From: Gemmatimonas sp.
GTDB taxonomy: Bacteria; Gemmatimonadota; Gemmatimonadetes; Gemmatimonadales; Gemmatimonadaceae
Length of the DNA: 64,000 nucleotides
Assembly: GCA_965279375.1 (NCBI GenBank)
Contig: OZ257156.1
Location: 1,472,001-1,536,000, forward strand
Reading direction: 5' to 3'
The notes beneath the pieces are model-generated. The model was given only the letters and a program-made list of their open reading frames with translations. It did not search any database and was not told the origin of the DNA. This document shows, piece by piece, positions 38,154 through 47,385 of this stretch (within the stretch, counting starts at the first letter, position 1; every line of letters begins with the position of its first letter). A program made the position numbers and the translations under genes.

Positions 38154-40028
38154 ATGAATATCGTCCGACCCCTATCGCTGTCTGCCGTTCTGCTAACCGG
38201 CGCACTCTCGTTCGGTGGACGGACCGTGGGACCGCACGACCGGGAGCCCTCCGGCGCCCACCGCGCCGATGGTAGAACCGTGCTGCCGATTGCGGCCGCC
38301 AACGACAATCGGCGCCCCGCGGGCAGGATGCGTGGCGACACGCTGTCGGTTGCGCTCGAGGTTCGCGTCGCGCGTTGGTACCCCGAGGCGGAGGACGGGC
38401 CGTTCGTCGACGCGCCGATGCTCGCCGAAGTTGGGCGCTCGCCGCAGGTGCCAGGGCCGCTGATTCGTGTGCGCGAGGGTACGGTCATCGCGGCGACGCT
38501 GCACAATGCACTCGTCGATTCGACAGTCACCTGGATCGGCCTCGCCAGCAAGCCGGGTACGGATACCGTGCGAGTCCCGCCGGGCGCGACGGCGACGATT
38601 CGCTTTGTCGCTGGACAACCCGGCAGCTATCTGTACGCCGTGCGCGCGGGAGATGTCGATCACCGTGCACGAGAGCGCGAGCAGCTGACCGCCGCGTTCG
38701 TGATCGATGCGAGAGGGGCGCGCACCGATGATCGGATCTTCGTCATGAACATCTGGGGAGAGCCACTCGATTCGGTCACATACCGCAACGCCCTGACGAT
38801 CAACGGCAAGGCGTGGCCGTTCACCGAACGGATCACTGCCACGGAGGGCGATACGCTTCGATGGCGCGTGGTGAACGGCACGGACCGGATACATCCCATG
38901 CATCTGCATGGATTCTTCTACCGCATCTCCGCGCGCGGCGACGGCGCGCGCGACACGCTGCTCAATCGGCAGCGACAGGAAGATGTGGTCACGCAGTTGA
39001 TGGAGCCCTACAGCACCATGCAGATGTCGTATGTCGCGGCGCGAGAAGGCAATTGGCTCTTCCACTGCCATCTCTCGTTTCATGTGAGTGCAGACGCGCG
39101 ATTCACCGACGGCGTCGCGCACGCTGATCATGTTTCCGGCGACGCGATGCGACATATGGCAGGGCTGGTGCTGGGCCTCAACGTCAAGCCGCGGCCTGGA
39201 GTCTTGCACCCCGCACGGCGCACCGCGCGGCAGCTGCGTTTGCGCGTGGAGGAAGGGACTCCGCGCCATCGCGCGCCGCGGCTCATGAGCGCGGTGCTGC
39301 AGGACGCTGCTCGGCCAACCGCGGACTCTGTGCGCCTGCCCGGGACGACGCTGTTCCTCACGCGAGGTGAGCCGACGGACATCAGTGTGGTCAACGCGCT
39401 GAACGAACCGACCGCGATCCACTGGCACGGCATCGAACTCGAGAGCTACTCCGACGGCGTGGCCGGCTGGAGTGGTGCGATGAATCGGCTGGCGCCAATG
39501 ATTGCGCCGCGAGACTCGTTCGTCGCGCGGCTCACGCTACCGCGCGCGGGAACGTTCATCTATCACACGCACCTGAACGATGTGGAGCAACTCACGTCGG
39601 GACTGTACGGTGGTATCGTGGTACTCGAGCCGGGTACGCGCTTCGATGCCTCGCGAGATCATCTGTTTGTGGTCGGATGGGACGGACCCGCTGACCCGCC
39701 GCACCTGCTGGTGAACGGCGATTCGCTGCCCGCTCCGAAGGAGCTGGCCTTCGGAGTGCATCATCGGCTGCGCTTCGTCTTTATCGGGGCTGTTGGCGGG
39801 GAATCGTTCGCGCTGCGATCGGCTTCGGGCGTGGTGCGCTGGCGAACGCTGGCGCGCGACGGCTTTGAACTCGCGCCGTCGAAGCAGCGTGAACTCCCCG
39901 CCGAGATCACCGGGTGGGCCGGACAAACGTACGACTTCGACTTTCTGCCCTCCGCACGCGGTCGCTACGAACTGATCATCGGCGATCCCAAGTCCCCATC
40001 GTGGACGCAGGTGTACTGGGTGCGCTGA
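38154..40028 (+). CDS. Multicopper oxidase, four cupredoxin domains
   Basis: Signal peptide; PGPLIRV; HPMHLHG, WLFHCHLSFH, HMAGL; IHWHG, FIYHTH. Confidence 0.88.
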   Translation: MNIVRPLSLSAVLLTGALSFGGRTVGPHDREPSGAHRADGRTVLPIAAANDNRRPAGRMRGDTLSVALEVRVARWYPEAEDGPFVDAPMLAEVGRSPQVPGPLIRVREGTVIAATLHNALVDSTVTWIGLASKPGTDTVRVPPGATATIRFVAGQPGSYLYAVRAGDVDHRAREREQLTAAFVIDARGARTDDRIFVMNIWGEPLDSVTYRNALTINGKAWPFTERITATEGDTLRWRVVNGTDRIHPMHLHGFFYRISARGDGARDTLLNRQRQEDVVTQLMEPYSTMQMSYVAAREGNWLFHCHLSFHVSADARFTDGVAHADHVSGDAMRHMAGLVLGLNVKPRPGVLHPARRTARQLRLRVEEGTPRHRAPRLMSAVLQDAARPTADSVRLPGTTLFLTRGEPTDISVVNALNEPTAIHWHGIELESYSDGVAGWSGAMNRLAPMIAPRDSFVARLTLPRAGTFIYHTHLNDVEQLTSGLYGGIVVLEPGTRFDASRDHLFVVGWDGPADPPHLLVNGDSLPAPKELAFGVHHRLRFVFIGAVGGESFALRSASGVVRWRTLARDGFELAPSKQRELPAEITGWAGQTYDFDFLPSARGRYELIIGDPKSPSWTQVYWVR

Positions 40029-40115
40029 CACCATGCGGGTTGATGAGGGAACCGTTCGGCGGCGTGATGGCTAGCTGCACAGGAACTCATTCCTGTCCCT
40101 CGACGGAGCGAAGCG

Positions 40116-40709
40116 ATGCGCTGGATGCTGATCACGAGTGTGTTGGCCACGCTCTCCATGGCGGTCGTTGCCGAATCGCGCGCGCCGCTGCGGCCGATTC
40201 CGACTCTCAATGGGAGGCGAGCCTCGTCGGCTGCTGAACCTGCTGCCGAACCCTCTGCAGCGCCTGCCTGGAAGAACGCGTCATGGCTCAACGCCGCGGC
40301 GCCGATCAGCCTCGCGTCCCTCAAGGGACGCGTGGTCTTGCTCAACTTCTGGGTATTCACCTGTTACAACTGCACGAACACCGTACCATCGCTCGTTCGC
40401 TTCGATGAGCAGTTTCGTGCGCGCGGATTGAGCATCATCGGCATTCATACGCCCGAGTTCCCGCCCTATGCTGGAGAACACGACAAAGCCAACGTCGCGA
40501 AAGCCCTCGCCAAGTATGATATTCGCTACCCGATCGCACAGGACAACGATCGCGCGACGTGGAATTTGTACCACATCGCGTATTGGCCGAGCTTCGTGTT
40601 GATCGACAAGCAGGGGCGCATTCGGCACGAAGGCTACGGCGAGTTTCACATCGGAGATCAATGGCATCGGCAGTGGGAACAGCGAATCGAAGCGCTTCTG
40701 GCCGAGTGA
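40116..40709 (+). CDS. Exported redoxin/TlpA-like thioredoxin (DipZ C-terminal type)
   Basis: Signal peptide; FWVFTCYNC, GIHTPEF, YPIAQDND, YWPS..LIDK.G. Confidence 0.88.
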   Translation: MRWMLITSVLATLSMAVVAESRAPLRPIPTLNGRRASSAAEPAAEPSAAPAWKNASWLNAAAPISLASLKGRVVLLNFWVFTCYNCTNTVPSLVRFDEQFRARGLSIIGIHTPEFPPYAGEHDKANVAKALAKYDIRYPIAQDNDRATWNLYHIAYWPSFVLIDKQGRIRHEGYGEFHIGDQWHRQWEQRIEALLAE

Positions 40710-41077
40710 GGACGACTCGACTTGCGTTGCTCTTGCTGCTGACGACGGGTTGCGCGGCAACGCGCGACGGCGTGGTTGCGCGCGACGACTTGGTGTCGAT
40801 GGTGTTGGAGCACGCGAATGGCGTCGAGCAGTTACGACTCGTGCCAGAACCCGGCGTGAAGATCAGCGCGCAGTTCAAGCCAACGATTCAAACGGACCGC
40901 GGCGCGCTCGTCGAATTCGATGCGCCCGGTCGAACGGCCGACAGTGTGTACTTCGTGGTGCCGCCAACCGCGCCGATGACCGGTCGCCGTCCACTGCGCG
41001 GCACGCTGCGCGCGAGCGCCTGTCCTCAGGGCAAACGAGTCTGTCTCTCGGTCGAGTTGCCGATCGACGTGCGGTAG
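40706..41077 (+). CDS. Hypothetical lipoprotein, DsbD N-terminal-like Ig fold with C-terminal Cys pair
   Basis: Lipobox LTTGC; PEPGVKI; LRASACPQGKRVC; GTGA overlap with the redoxin gene. Confidence 0.55.
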   Translation: MRTTRLALLLLLTTGCAATRDGVVARDDLVSMVLEHANGVEQLRLVPEPGVKISAQFKPTIQTDRGALVEFDAPGRTADSVYFVVPPTAPMTGRRPLRGTLRASACPQGKRVCLSVELPIDVR

Positions 41078-41092
41078 CGAAGAGAGAGCGGA

Positions 41093-42271
41093 TTACTTCG
41101 CGACGACCGCCTTGGCCAAACGCTCCATTGCTTTGCGGAACGGGAGCGACGGTTTGCCCGGCAGGATGTTCCACGCGTTGAACACCACCACGAGATCCCG
41201 ATCGGGGAAAGTCATCGGGAACTGTCCGCCAAAGCCTGAGCCGGTCCAGATGAATTTCTTGGCGTCGGTCGGGTCGGGATAGAGCCACCACTTGAAGCCA
41301 TACTGCGCGGAGTTGGGTGAGCTCCCGGTTGCGATGGACGGTGTGATGGATGCCTTGATCCAGTCAGCTGAAATCACGCGCTTGCCCTGCCAGAGGCCGC
41401 CCTGCCCGAAGAGATACCAGACGCGCGCGAGGTCCTGCGCGTCGAGATAGAGTCCGCCTTCGGTGTCGAGTGAGCCGGAGGGCGTGCGCTTCCAGAACCA
41501 CTGGGTGATGCCGATCGGCGCGAACAGATACTTGGCACCGTACTCCTCGAGATCGTAGCCGGTCGCCTGACGAAAGACGTGCGCGATGAGTGCGCTCTCG
41601 CCACTGCTGTAGTTGAACTTGGTGCCGGGCTCCCGCATCATCGGGCGGTCGATCGTGAACTTCACCCAGTCGGCGCTCTGTTCGAGTCCGCTCGCAGTGT
41701 TGTTCGGATCGATGTACGGCAAGCTCTCGTTCCAGTCGAAGCCACCGGTCATCGTCAGCAGATGCCGAATGGTGATGCGCCGCTTGCGATCGTCGATGTT
41801 GGCGACTTTGGTGGTGTCGAAGTAGCGCAGGATCGGCGTGTCGAGACTCGGAAACTCGCCGCGTGTGACCGCCGCGCCGATGATCACGGAGGCGACGGTT
41901 TTGGTGACCGATTGCAGCGTGTGCAGCGTGCCACGCCGATAGAACGGATGCCACCACGGGTTGAAGTAGTTGAACGGCCCGGTCAGATCGTGCGCGTTCA
42001 GCGCGTTCGTCACCTTCGCGGAGTCGCCGTAGGCCGCGTCGTAGTCGTGCGGGTACTTCGCATCGAACGCGATCTTGCCGTGCCGAATCACGAGAAACCG
42101 GTCCACGTTGCCGTAGGTGCCTGCCTTGATCTCGCGATCGATCGAGTCGAGCACGGCGACGTTCAGGCCGAGTGACGACGCCGAGGACACAGGCCACGCC
42201 TGCGCGCGCACGACGGACGGCGAGCCCGCGACGAAGAGCGTCGCAGCGAGCAGCAACAGGCGATCCTTCAC
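41093..42271 (-). CDS. Serine hydrolase (beta-lactamase/NylB-like)
   Basis: Signal peptide; QSVTK, LLTMTGG, FNYSSG, GSGFGGQ. Confidence 0.88.
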   Translation of the reverse strand: MKDRLLLLAATLFVAGSPSVVRAQAWPVSSASSLGLNVAVLDSIDREIKAGTYGNVDRFLVIRHGKIAFDAKYPHDYDAAYGDSAKVTNALNAHDLTGPFNYFNPWWHPFYRRGTLHTLQSVTKTVASVIIGAAVTRGEFPSLDTPILRYFDTTKVANIDDRKRRITIRHLLTMTGGFDWNESLPYIDPNNTASGLEQSADWVKFTIDRPMMREPGTKFNYSSGESALIAHVFRQATGYDLEEYGAKYLFAPIGITQWFWKRTPSGSLDTEGGLYLDAQDLARVWYLFGQGGLWQGKRVISADWIKASITPSIATGSSPNSAQYGFKWWLYPDPTDAKKFIWTGSGFGGQFPMTFPDRDLVVVFNAWNILPGKPSLPFRKAMERLAKAVVAK

Positions 42272-42328
42272 AAGGACTCCAGGCACGAGAGGTTGGGCCC
42301 ACGACTGCCCAAGATTCTCGCGGTTTCG

Positions 42329-42919
42329 CTACGTCATCGCAACTCGCCGAAAGAACAGCGTCGTATCGCAGTAGCCACCGTGCGGCAGCAGCGCATAGTC
42401 TGGAATCACTCCGGCGCGAATCCACCCCAGCCGCGCGTACAACCGCTCCGCGTCGTCACTCGCGGTATCGAGCACGAGCAGTGATTTCCCGCAGTCGCGC
42501 GCCGTCTCCTCGGCCGCACGCAGCAACGCTTCGCCTACACCAAGGCGACGCATGCGGCGATGCACGAGCATCTTGGAGAGATCAGCGCGATGCGGTTGGT
42601 TCTCCGGCTGGCCGAGAATGAGCTGGACCGTGCCGCATACACCCGTCGCGTCCGTAGCGATGAGCAACGCACGGTCGCCAGCCGCGGTACCGCGCGCCAC
42701 CTCCGTCCAGAACGCGACTGCGCGCTCGCGCGACAGCGGATGCATGAAACTCACCGACGCGCCCCCCTCCACGCAGTCGATGAGTACGTCAGCGAGATCC
42801 GACAACGTCGCCTCATCCAGCTCCGTCACGCGTCGGACACTGTACGTCGCGCTCGACACGGGCTCGCCGGTGGCGCTTTCATCTGAAGCACTGCTGGAGT
42901 CATTACCGAGTGCGTGCAT
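42329..42919 (-). CDS. GNAT N-acetyltransferase (Ttr-like)
   Basis: DCVEGGASVSFMHP, NQPHRADLSKMLVH..RRLGVG, LVLDT..AERLY..LGW. Confidence 0.9.
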   Translation of the reverse strand: MHALGNDSSSASDESATGEPVSSATYSVRRVTELDEATLSDLADVLIDCVEGGASVSFMHPLSRERAVAFWTEVARGTAAGDRALLIATDATGVCGTVQLILGQPENQPHRADLSKMLVHRRMRRLGVGEALLRAAEETARDCGKSLLVLDTASDDAERLYARLGWIRAGVIPDYALLPHGGYCDTTLFFRRVAMT

Positions 42920-42926
42920 GAATCCC

Positions 42927-43535
42927 TCAGCGCGACATGGACGCCGACGCCAGCACGACGGCGTAGCGCGCAGCCGACCGGGTCGGATTGTGAAACATCG
43001 TGGGCTGATCGAGTTGCATCGCCAAGCAGTCGCCTTCGCGCAGTTGATGGCGTTCGTTGCCGATGGTGATGTCCATCGAGCCCGACAACATCCACACCTG
43101 CTGATAGACGCGCACGTCGCGCGCCCCCGTTTCGAACGCCACCCGCGCGCCCGGCGGGAAGTGCACCTCCACGATCTGCATCGGCTGCGAGGTGCCGGTC
43201 GGCGACACGTTGCGGCGGCGATAGCCCGACGCCGGATCGGTCCACTCCGACTGCGACTCGCGCCGTGCGATCGGCCCGCTCTCCGCTTCCATCGCCGATG
43301 ACGGCGCATCAAAGAGTGATGCCAACGCCACACCGAGCGCGGTGGCCAGCTTCTCCAGCACCACAGCGGTTGGACTGCTCTCCCCGCGCTCGATGAGCGA
43401 GATCATCGATCGACTGACCCCGCTGCTCCCCGCCAGCGCATCGAGCGACAGCCCCTGCGCCGCGCGAAGTTCGCGCACGCGCTCGGCGATGCGTCTGTTG
43501 AGGTCGGTTGGCAGAGTCGCCGGGGAGTCTGTCAT
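42927..43535 (-). CDS. XRE family regulator with cupin domain
   Basis: LSLDALA..SGVSRSMISLIERGESSPT HTH; W.DPASGYRRRNVSP cupin. Confidence 0.92.
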   Translation of the reverse strand: MTDSPATLPTDLNRRIAERVRELRAAQGLSLDALAGSSGVSRSMISLIERGESSPTAVVLEKLATALGVALASLFDAPSSAMEAESGPIARRESQSEWTDPASGYRRRNVSPTGTSQPMQIVEVHFPPGARVAFETGARDVRVYQQVWMLSGSMDITIGNERHQLREGDCLAMQLDQPTMFHNPTRSAARYAVVLASASMSR

Positions 43536-43548
43536 GGTGGACACAATA

Positions 43549-43562
43549 TCCAATATGCTGGA
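43549..43562. promoter_or_regulatory. Putative XRE operator TCCA-N6-TGGA
   Basis: tccaatatgctgga immediately upstream of the XRE gene's -10-like box. Confidence 0.5.
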
Positions 43563-43746
43563 CGAAACGTCAATCCGCGTTCGACAGAGGGCCTCGGGGG
43601 AGCTCGGGAGGAAGGTTACCGCCTGAATCCGTCATTGCCGAACCCCTGCGGCGACCCCAACATCGACCGGAAGCTCGACCACGACACGGCAGGCCGCACG
43701 GCACGCTGCCTCGACTCGCACACCGGACCGCCTCTCGCTCTCAATC

Positions 43747-44127
43747 ATGACCACCATCGACGAGTACATCGCCGGATTCCCCGCCGAGGTGCAGCAGATC
43801 CTGACGCGCATTCGTGCGACGATTCGCAAAGCGGCGCCGGATGCTGAAGAAGTCATCAGCTATCGCATGCCTGCCTTCAAGCAGGGTGGGATCCTGGTCT
43901 ACATTGGAGCGTTCAAATCGCATATCGGCCTGTATCCGCCGGTCAGCGACCCGGCGCTCCAGCGCGAAACGGCGCGCTACGCTGGTGAAAAGGGGAACCT
44001 GCGATTTCCCTACGATGAGCCCATGCCGTACGACCTGATTGGCCGCATCGTGCGGCAACGAGTCCAAGCACAGCTGTCCAAGGCCGCGAGCAAGCGCCCG
44101 CGCAAGAAACCCAACACCACCAAATGA
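43747..44127 (+). CDS. DUF1801 (YdhG-like) domain protein
   Basis: TIDEYIAGFP, EVISYRMPAF, HIGLYP, KGNLRFP. Confidence 0.9.
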   Translation: MTTIDEYIAGFPAEVQQILTRIRATIRKAAPDAEEVISYRMPAFKQGGILVYIGAFKSHIGLYPPVSDPALQRETARYAGEKGNLRFPYDEPMPYDLIGRIVRQRVQAQLSKAASKRPRKKPNTTK

Positions 44128-47087
44128 CCGACAGTTTTCGCGACGGAATTCAGCAGGCGTTGGGTACGCAGTTCGTTCTGGGGCGAGAGCTGGGCGGCGG
44201 TGGCATGAGTCGAGTCTTTCTCGCGCGGGATGTGCAGTTGGGGCGCGAGGTCGTCGTGAAGGTGTTGTCGCCGGAGTTGGCGCAGGAGCTCTCCGTCGAG
44301 CGCTTTGGCCGAGAGATCGGCTTGGCGGCCGCGTTGCAGCACGCCAACATCGTTCCGGTACTCTCGGCGGGCATTTCGGCCGACGGCATCCCGTACTACC
44401 TGATGCCGTTCGTGGAAGGCGCGTCGTTGCGCGATCTGGTTGGTGGTGGCAAGACGCTGCCGATGGCCGACGTGCTGCTCGTGCTCAATGACGTGGCGCG
44501 CGCGCTGGCGTATGCGCACGGGCGTGGCGTCGTCCATCGCGACATCAAGCCGGACAACGTGATGCTCTCGGGCGGCGCCGCCCTCGTCACCGACTTCGGC
44601 ATCGCCAAGGCGATGAGCTCCGCGCGCGAGACCAAGCCCGAGAACACGCTCACGCGCATGGGCACTTCCATCGGCACGCCGTCGTACATGGCGCCCGAGC
44701 AGGGTGCCGGCGACCCGGATACCGATCATCGCGCCGACATCTATGCATATGGCGCGATGGCGTTTGAACTGCTCACCGGCGCGCCACCGTTCGGCGATCG
44801 GCCACCACATGCGCAGCTCATCGCGCATCTCTCCGAAGCGCCCAAGCCTGTGGCGTCGCTGCGCACCGACACGCCGGAGCCGCTCGCGCAGCTCGTGATG
44901 CGTTGTCTCGAGAAGGATCCAGCGCATCGCCCGCAGAATGCCGGTGAGCTGCTGGAGAGTTTGGCCGACGCCAGCAGCGCGCTGCGCACCGGCACCACGG
45001 GACAGTTCGGCGCACGTCCCACGACGGGGAGCAACCGTGCCACGCCTGCCAACGCAGGCCCTAACGCGTCGCGCTCGAAGGCAGGCCTGCTGGTCGGTGC
45101 GGTGGTGCTGATCGCGGCGGCCGCCGGTGGATGGTATGCCTTCGGACGCGGGAAGACCGCGAGCGGCCCTGATGCGAACTCGCTCGCGGTCATGCCGTTC
45201 ACCGTGCGCGATGCCTCGCTGCAAGTGTGGCGCGAAGGGTTGGTCGACATTCTCTCGCGCAGCCTCGACGGCGCGGGCGACATTCACACCGTCGCTCCAT
45301 CGGCCAGTATCGCTGACGCGCCCGCACGTGCGGACGCTGCGACGGCGACCGCGCGCGGCCAGGCGCTCGGCGCTGGACTGGTGCTGTTCGGCGACTTGAA
45401 CGCGGTCGGCTCGGACTCGGTGCGAGTGCGTGCGGCGGTGGTCGATGTCGCGACGGGAAAGGTGCGACACGATGTGGACGTCAGTGGCGAAGTCTCACGC
45501 ATGGACGCGCTCGCGGACTCGCTCTCGATTCGTGTCATTCGTGCGTTAGGTGCTGGTGGTGCACTCGGCGGCAATGCCCGTGGCGCGTCGATCGGCACCT
45601 CGTCGCTCGCTGCGCTCAAGGCGTATCTGCAAGGCACACAGTACTACCGCCGTGGTGTCACCGATTCGTCGCTGCTCGCATTCCAGAGCGCAGTCGCTGC
45701 CGACTCCATGTTTGCACTCGGGTGGCGCGGTGTCGCCTCCATCTACGTGCGCACCGGGCGCGAAGCCGAGCCGGAGGCGAAGATCGCACTTGACCGCGCC
45801 ATCCGGTACAAGTCGGGACTCGCTCCGCGCGACAGCCTGCTGCTGCATGGCGATTCGCTGCGTATGTCGGCGGCGTTGCGCACGCAGGTGGCCAACGATG
45901 CCACGGCGGACATTCCTGAACTGAACGCGCTCTTCACCACGCTGCGCGAAGCAACGAAGCGTTATCCGGGCGATGCGGAGCTGTGGTTTGAACTCGGCGA
46001 TGCGGGTTTTCATTTTGGCGCGCTCGCTGGCGTGCACGACTCGATTGCTCTGTCGGACTTCACGCGCGCGATCGCGCTGGATTCCAGTCTGCTCGTGTCG
46101 TACGTGCACGCGCAGACGCTGTCGATGCGGGCGAACAAGTACCGTGACGCCGCCGCCTACTCGCGCGGCCTGATGCGATTGATGCCAGCTGCCGCACGTG
46201 ACTACTATCGCCTGCAGGCGCTGCTGCTCGATTCGTTGCCGGCGATCAACAGTGTCGCGCGCGAGTTGATGGATTCGCTTCCCGTTGCGTACGGCGGCTC
46301 GGTGCTGTCCGAACTCATGCGTGTGCCGGAGGCCGCGCCGTTCACGATGGCATTGGCGCAGACCCAGTCCGAGCGGCTCGCAGCGAATCCTGGACTGAAA
46401 GACTCGGCGGCGCTCGCCACCGCCCTGCGATTTATGCGCGCCTGGGGCGGTATGCTCGATGCCGCGACCGTCGCGGGGCTCCGTCCGGGCGATCGCTCAC
46501 AACTGGCGGTGGTTGGCGTGCTGCCGAGCGCGCCCGTGCTGGCCGAAGCGCTGGACCTGCTCAAGCGCGAGCCGGCCTCGATGTCGTCCATGCTGCCTCT
46601 GCTCGCGGCGGCACACGACACGACGGCGATCGCGCGACTGGCGGCGGTGTTCGACAGTCTGGATCGCGCGGGAGGGCCCGGCGCCGCTGGCCGTTCGACG
46701 CATCTGCGCGACTATGCGCGCGCCATGGGCGCGCTCGCGCGTGGTGACAGTGCGGCGGCGCTGCGCGGACTGCTGGCGCTGCCGATCACCAAGTGCGACG
46801 GCGCGCCGTGCGGCGGCTACATGCTCTCGCAGCTCCTGGCGCGCGCAGGCCGCGACGCCGAGGCGGCGCGCGTGCTCGATCGCTGGCTGCCGCTGGCCTC
46901 TCCGCAGATGATCGGTCCGGGCGCGATGCGCCTGCGGGCGCAGGTCGCGGAACGCCTCGGGGACAAGGCGACCGCGAGCGTCTGGTACCGCCGGGTCGCG
47001 GCCCGCTGGGGTGGAGGCAACGAAGCCGTCCGGGCGATCGTGACCGAGGCGCAGGACGGGCTCAAGCGGACGTCGGGCGGGCGCTGA
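44124..47087 (+). CDS. Hanks-type Ser/Thr protein kinase with TM helix and TolB-N/TPR-like C-terminal region
   Basis: GGGGMSRV, VVVK, HRDIKPDN, DFG, GTPSYMAPE; TM at about aa 325; LAVMPF; TPR helices. Confidence 0.92.
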   Translation: MTDSFRDGIQQALGTQFVLGRELGGGGMSRVFLARDVQLGREVVVKVLSPELAQELSVERFGREIGLAAALQHANIVPVLSAGISADGIPYYLMPFVEGASLRDLVGGGKTLPMADVLLVLNDVARALAYAHGRGVVHRDIKPDNVMLSGGAALVTDFGIAKAMSSARETKPENTLTRMGTSIGTPSYMAPEQGAGDPDTDHRADIYAYGAMAFELLTGAPPFGDRPPHAQLIAHLSEAPKPVASLRTDTPEPLAQLVMRCLEKDPAHRPQNAGELLESLADASSALRTGTTGQFGARPTTGSNRATPANAGPNASRSKAGLLVGAVVLIAAAAGGWYAFGRGKTASGPDANSLAVMPFTVRDASLQVWREGLVDILSRSLDGAGDIHTVAPSASIADAPARADAATATARGQALGAGLVLFGDLNAVGSDSVRVRAAVVDVATGKVRHDVDVSGEVSRMDALADSLSIRVIRALGAGGALGGNARGASIGTSSLAALKAYLQGTQYYRRGVTDSSLLAFQSAVAADSMFALGWRGVASIYVRTGREAEPEAKIALDRAIRYKSGLAPRDSLLLHGDSLRMSAALRTQVANDATADIPELNALFTTLREATKRYPGDAELWFELGDAGFHFGALAGVHDSIALSDFTRAIALDSSLLVSYVHAQTLSMRANKYRDAAAYSRGLMRLMPAAARDYYRLQALLLDSLPAINSVARELMDSLPVAYGGSVLSELMRVPEAAPFTMALAQTQSERLAANPGLKDSAALATALRFMRAWGGMLDAATVAGLRPGDRSQLAVVGVLPSAPVLAEALDLLKREPASMSSMLPLLAAAHDTTAIARLAAVFDSLDRAGGPGAAGRSTHLRDYARAMGALARGDSAAALRGLLALPITKCDGAPCGGYMLSQLLARAGRDAEAARVLDRWLPLASPQMIGPGAMRLRAQVAERLGDKATASVWYRRVAARWGGGNEAVRAIVTEAQDGLKRTSGGR

Positions 47088-47385
47088 CCGGCCGCCGCAT
47101 TCTGCTATAAGGGATGTATTTCCAGTATACCGGATGGTCGTTCGAATGATGAACATCACGAAATCGGCGACGAGCTAACGGGCGACGGGAACTGATGCGA
47201 CTTTATTCCCGCTCGGTTCTATGGACGGCACGCCGCATGCGACGCTACTTATAGAACACACGCTCGTCCTGCTTGTCAGATGACCGACTCGTCGGCTGGG
47301 TCTGCAGTCCAGCCATCGATGTAGTTCCCGCCCTATCTGCATGAGCGATCGCGGCGTCGAAGACACGTCGCGGAGGTCAACCCGT

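Noticed and set aside
7242..42271. Calling the three SxxK hydrolases antibiotic-resistance beta-lactamases
   Set aside because: The motifs (LLxHxxG, HGG or GFGGQ in place of KTG) fit the broad esterase/peptidase S12 group; there is no mobile context.
47160..47340. Cobalamin or other known riboswitch
   Set aside because: GGGAA is present but I could not find the other conserved elements; kept only as an unknown structured-leader candidate.
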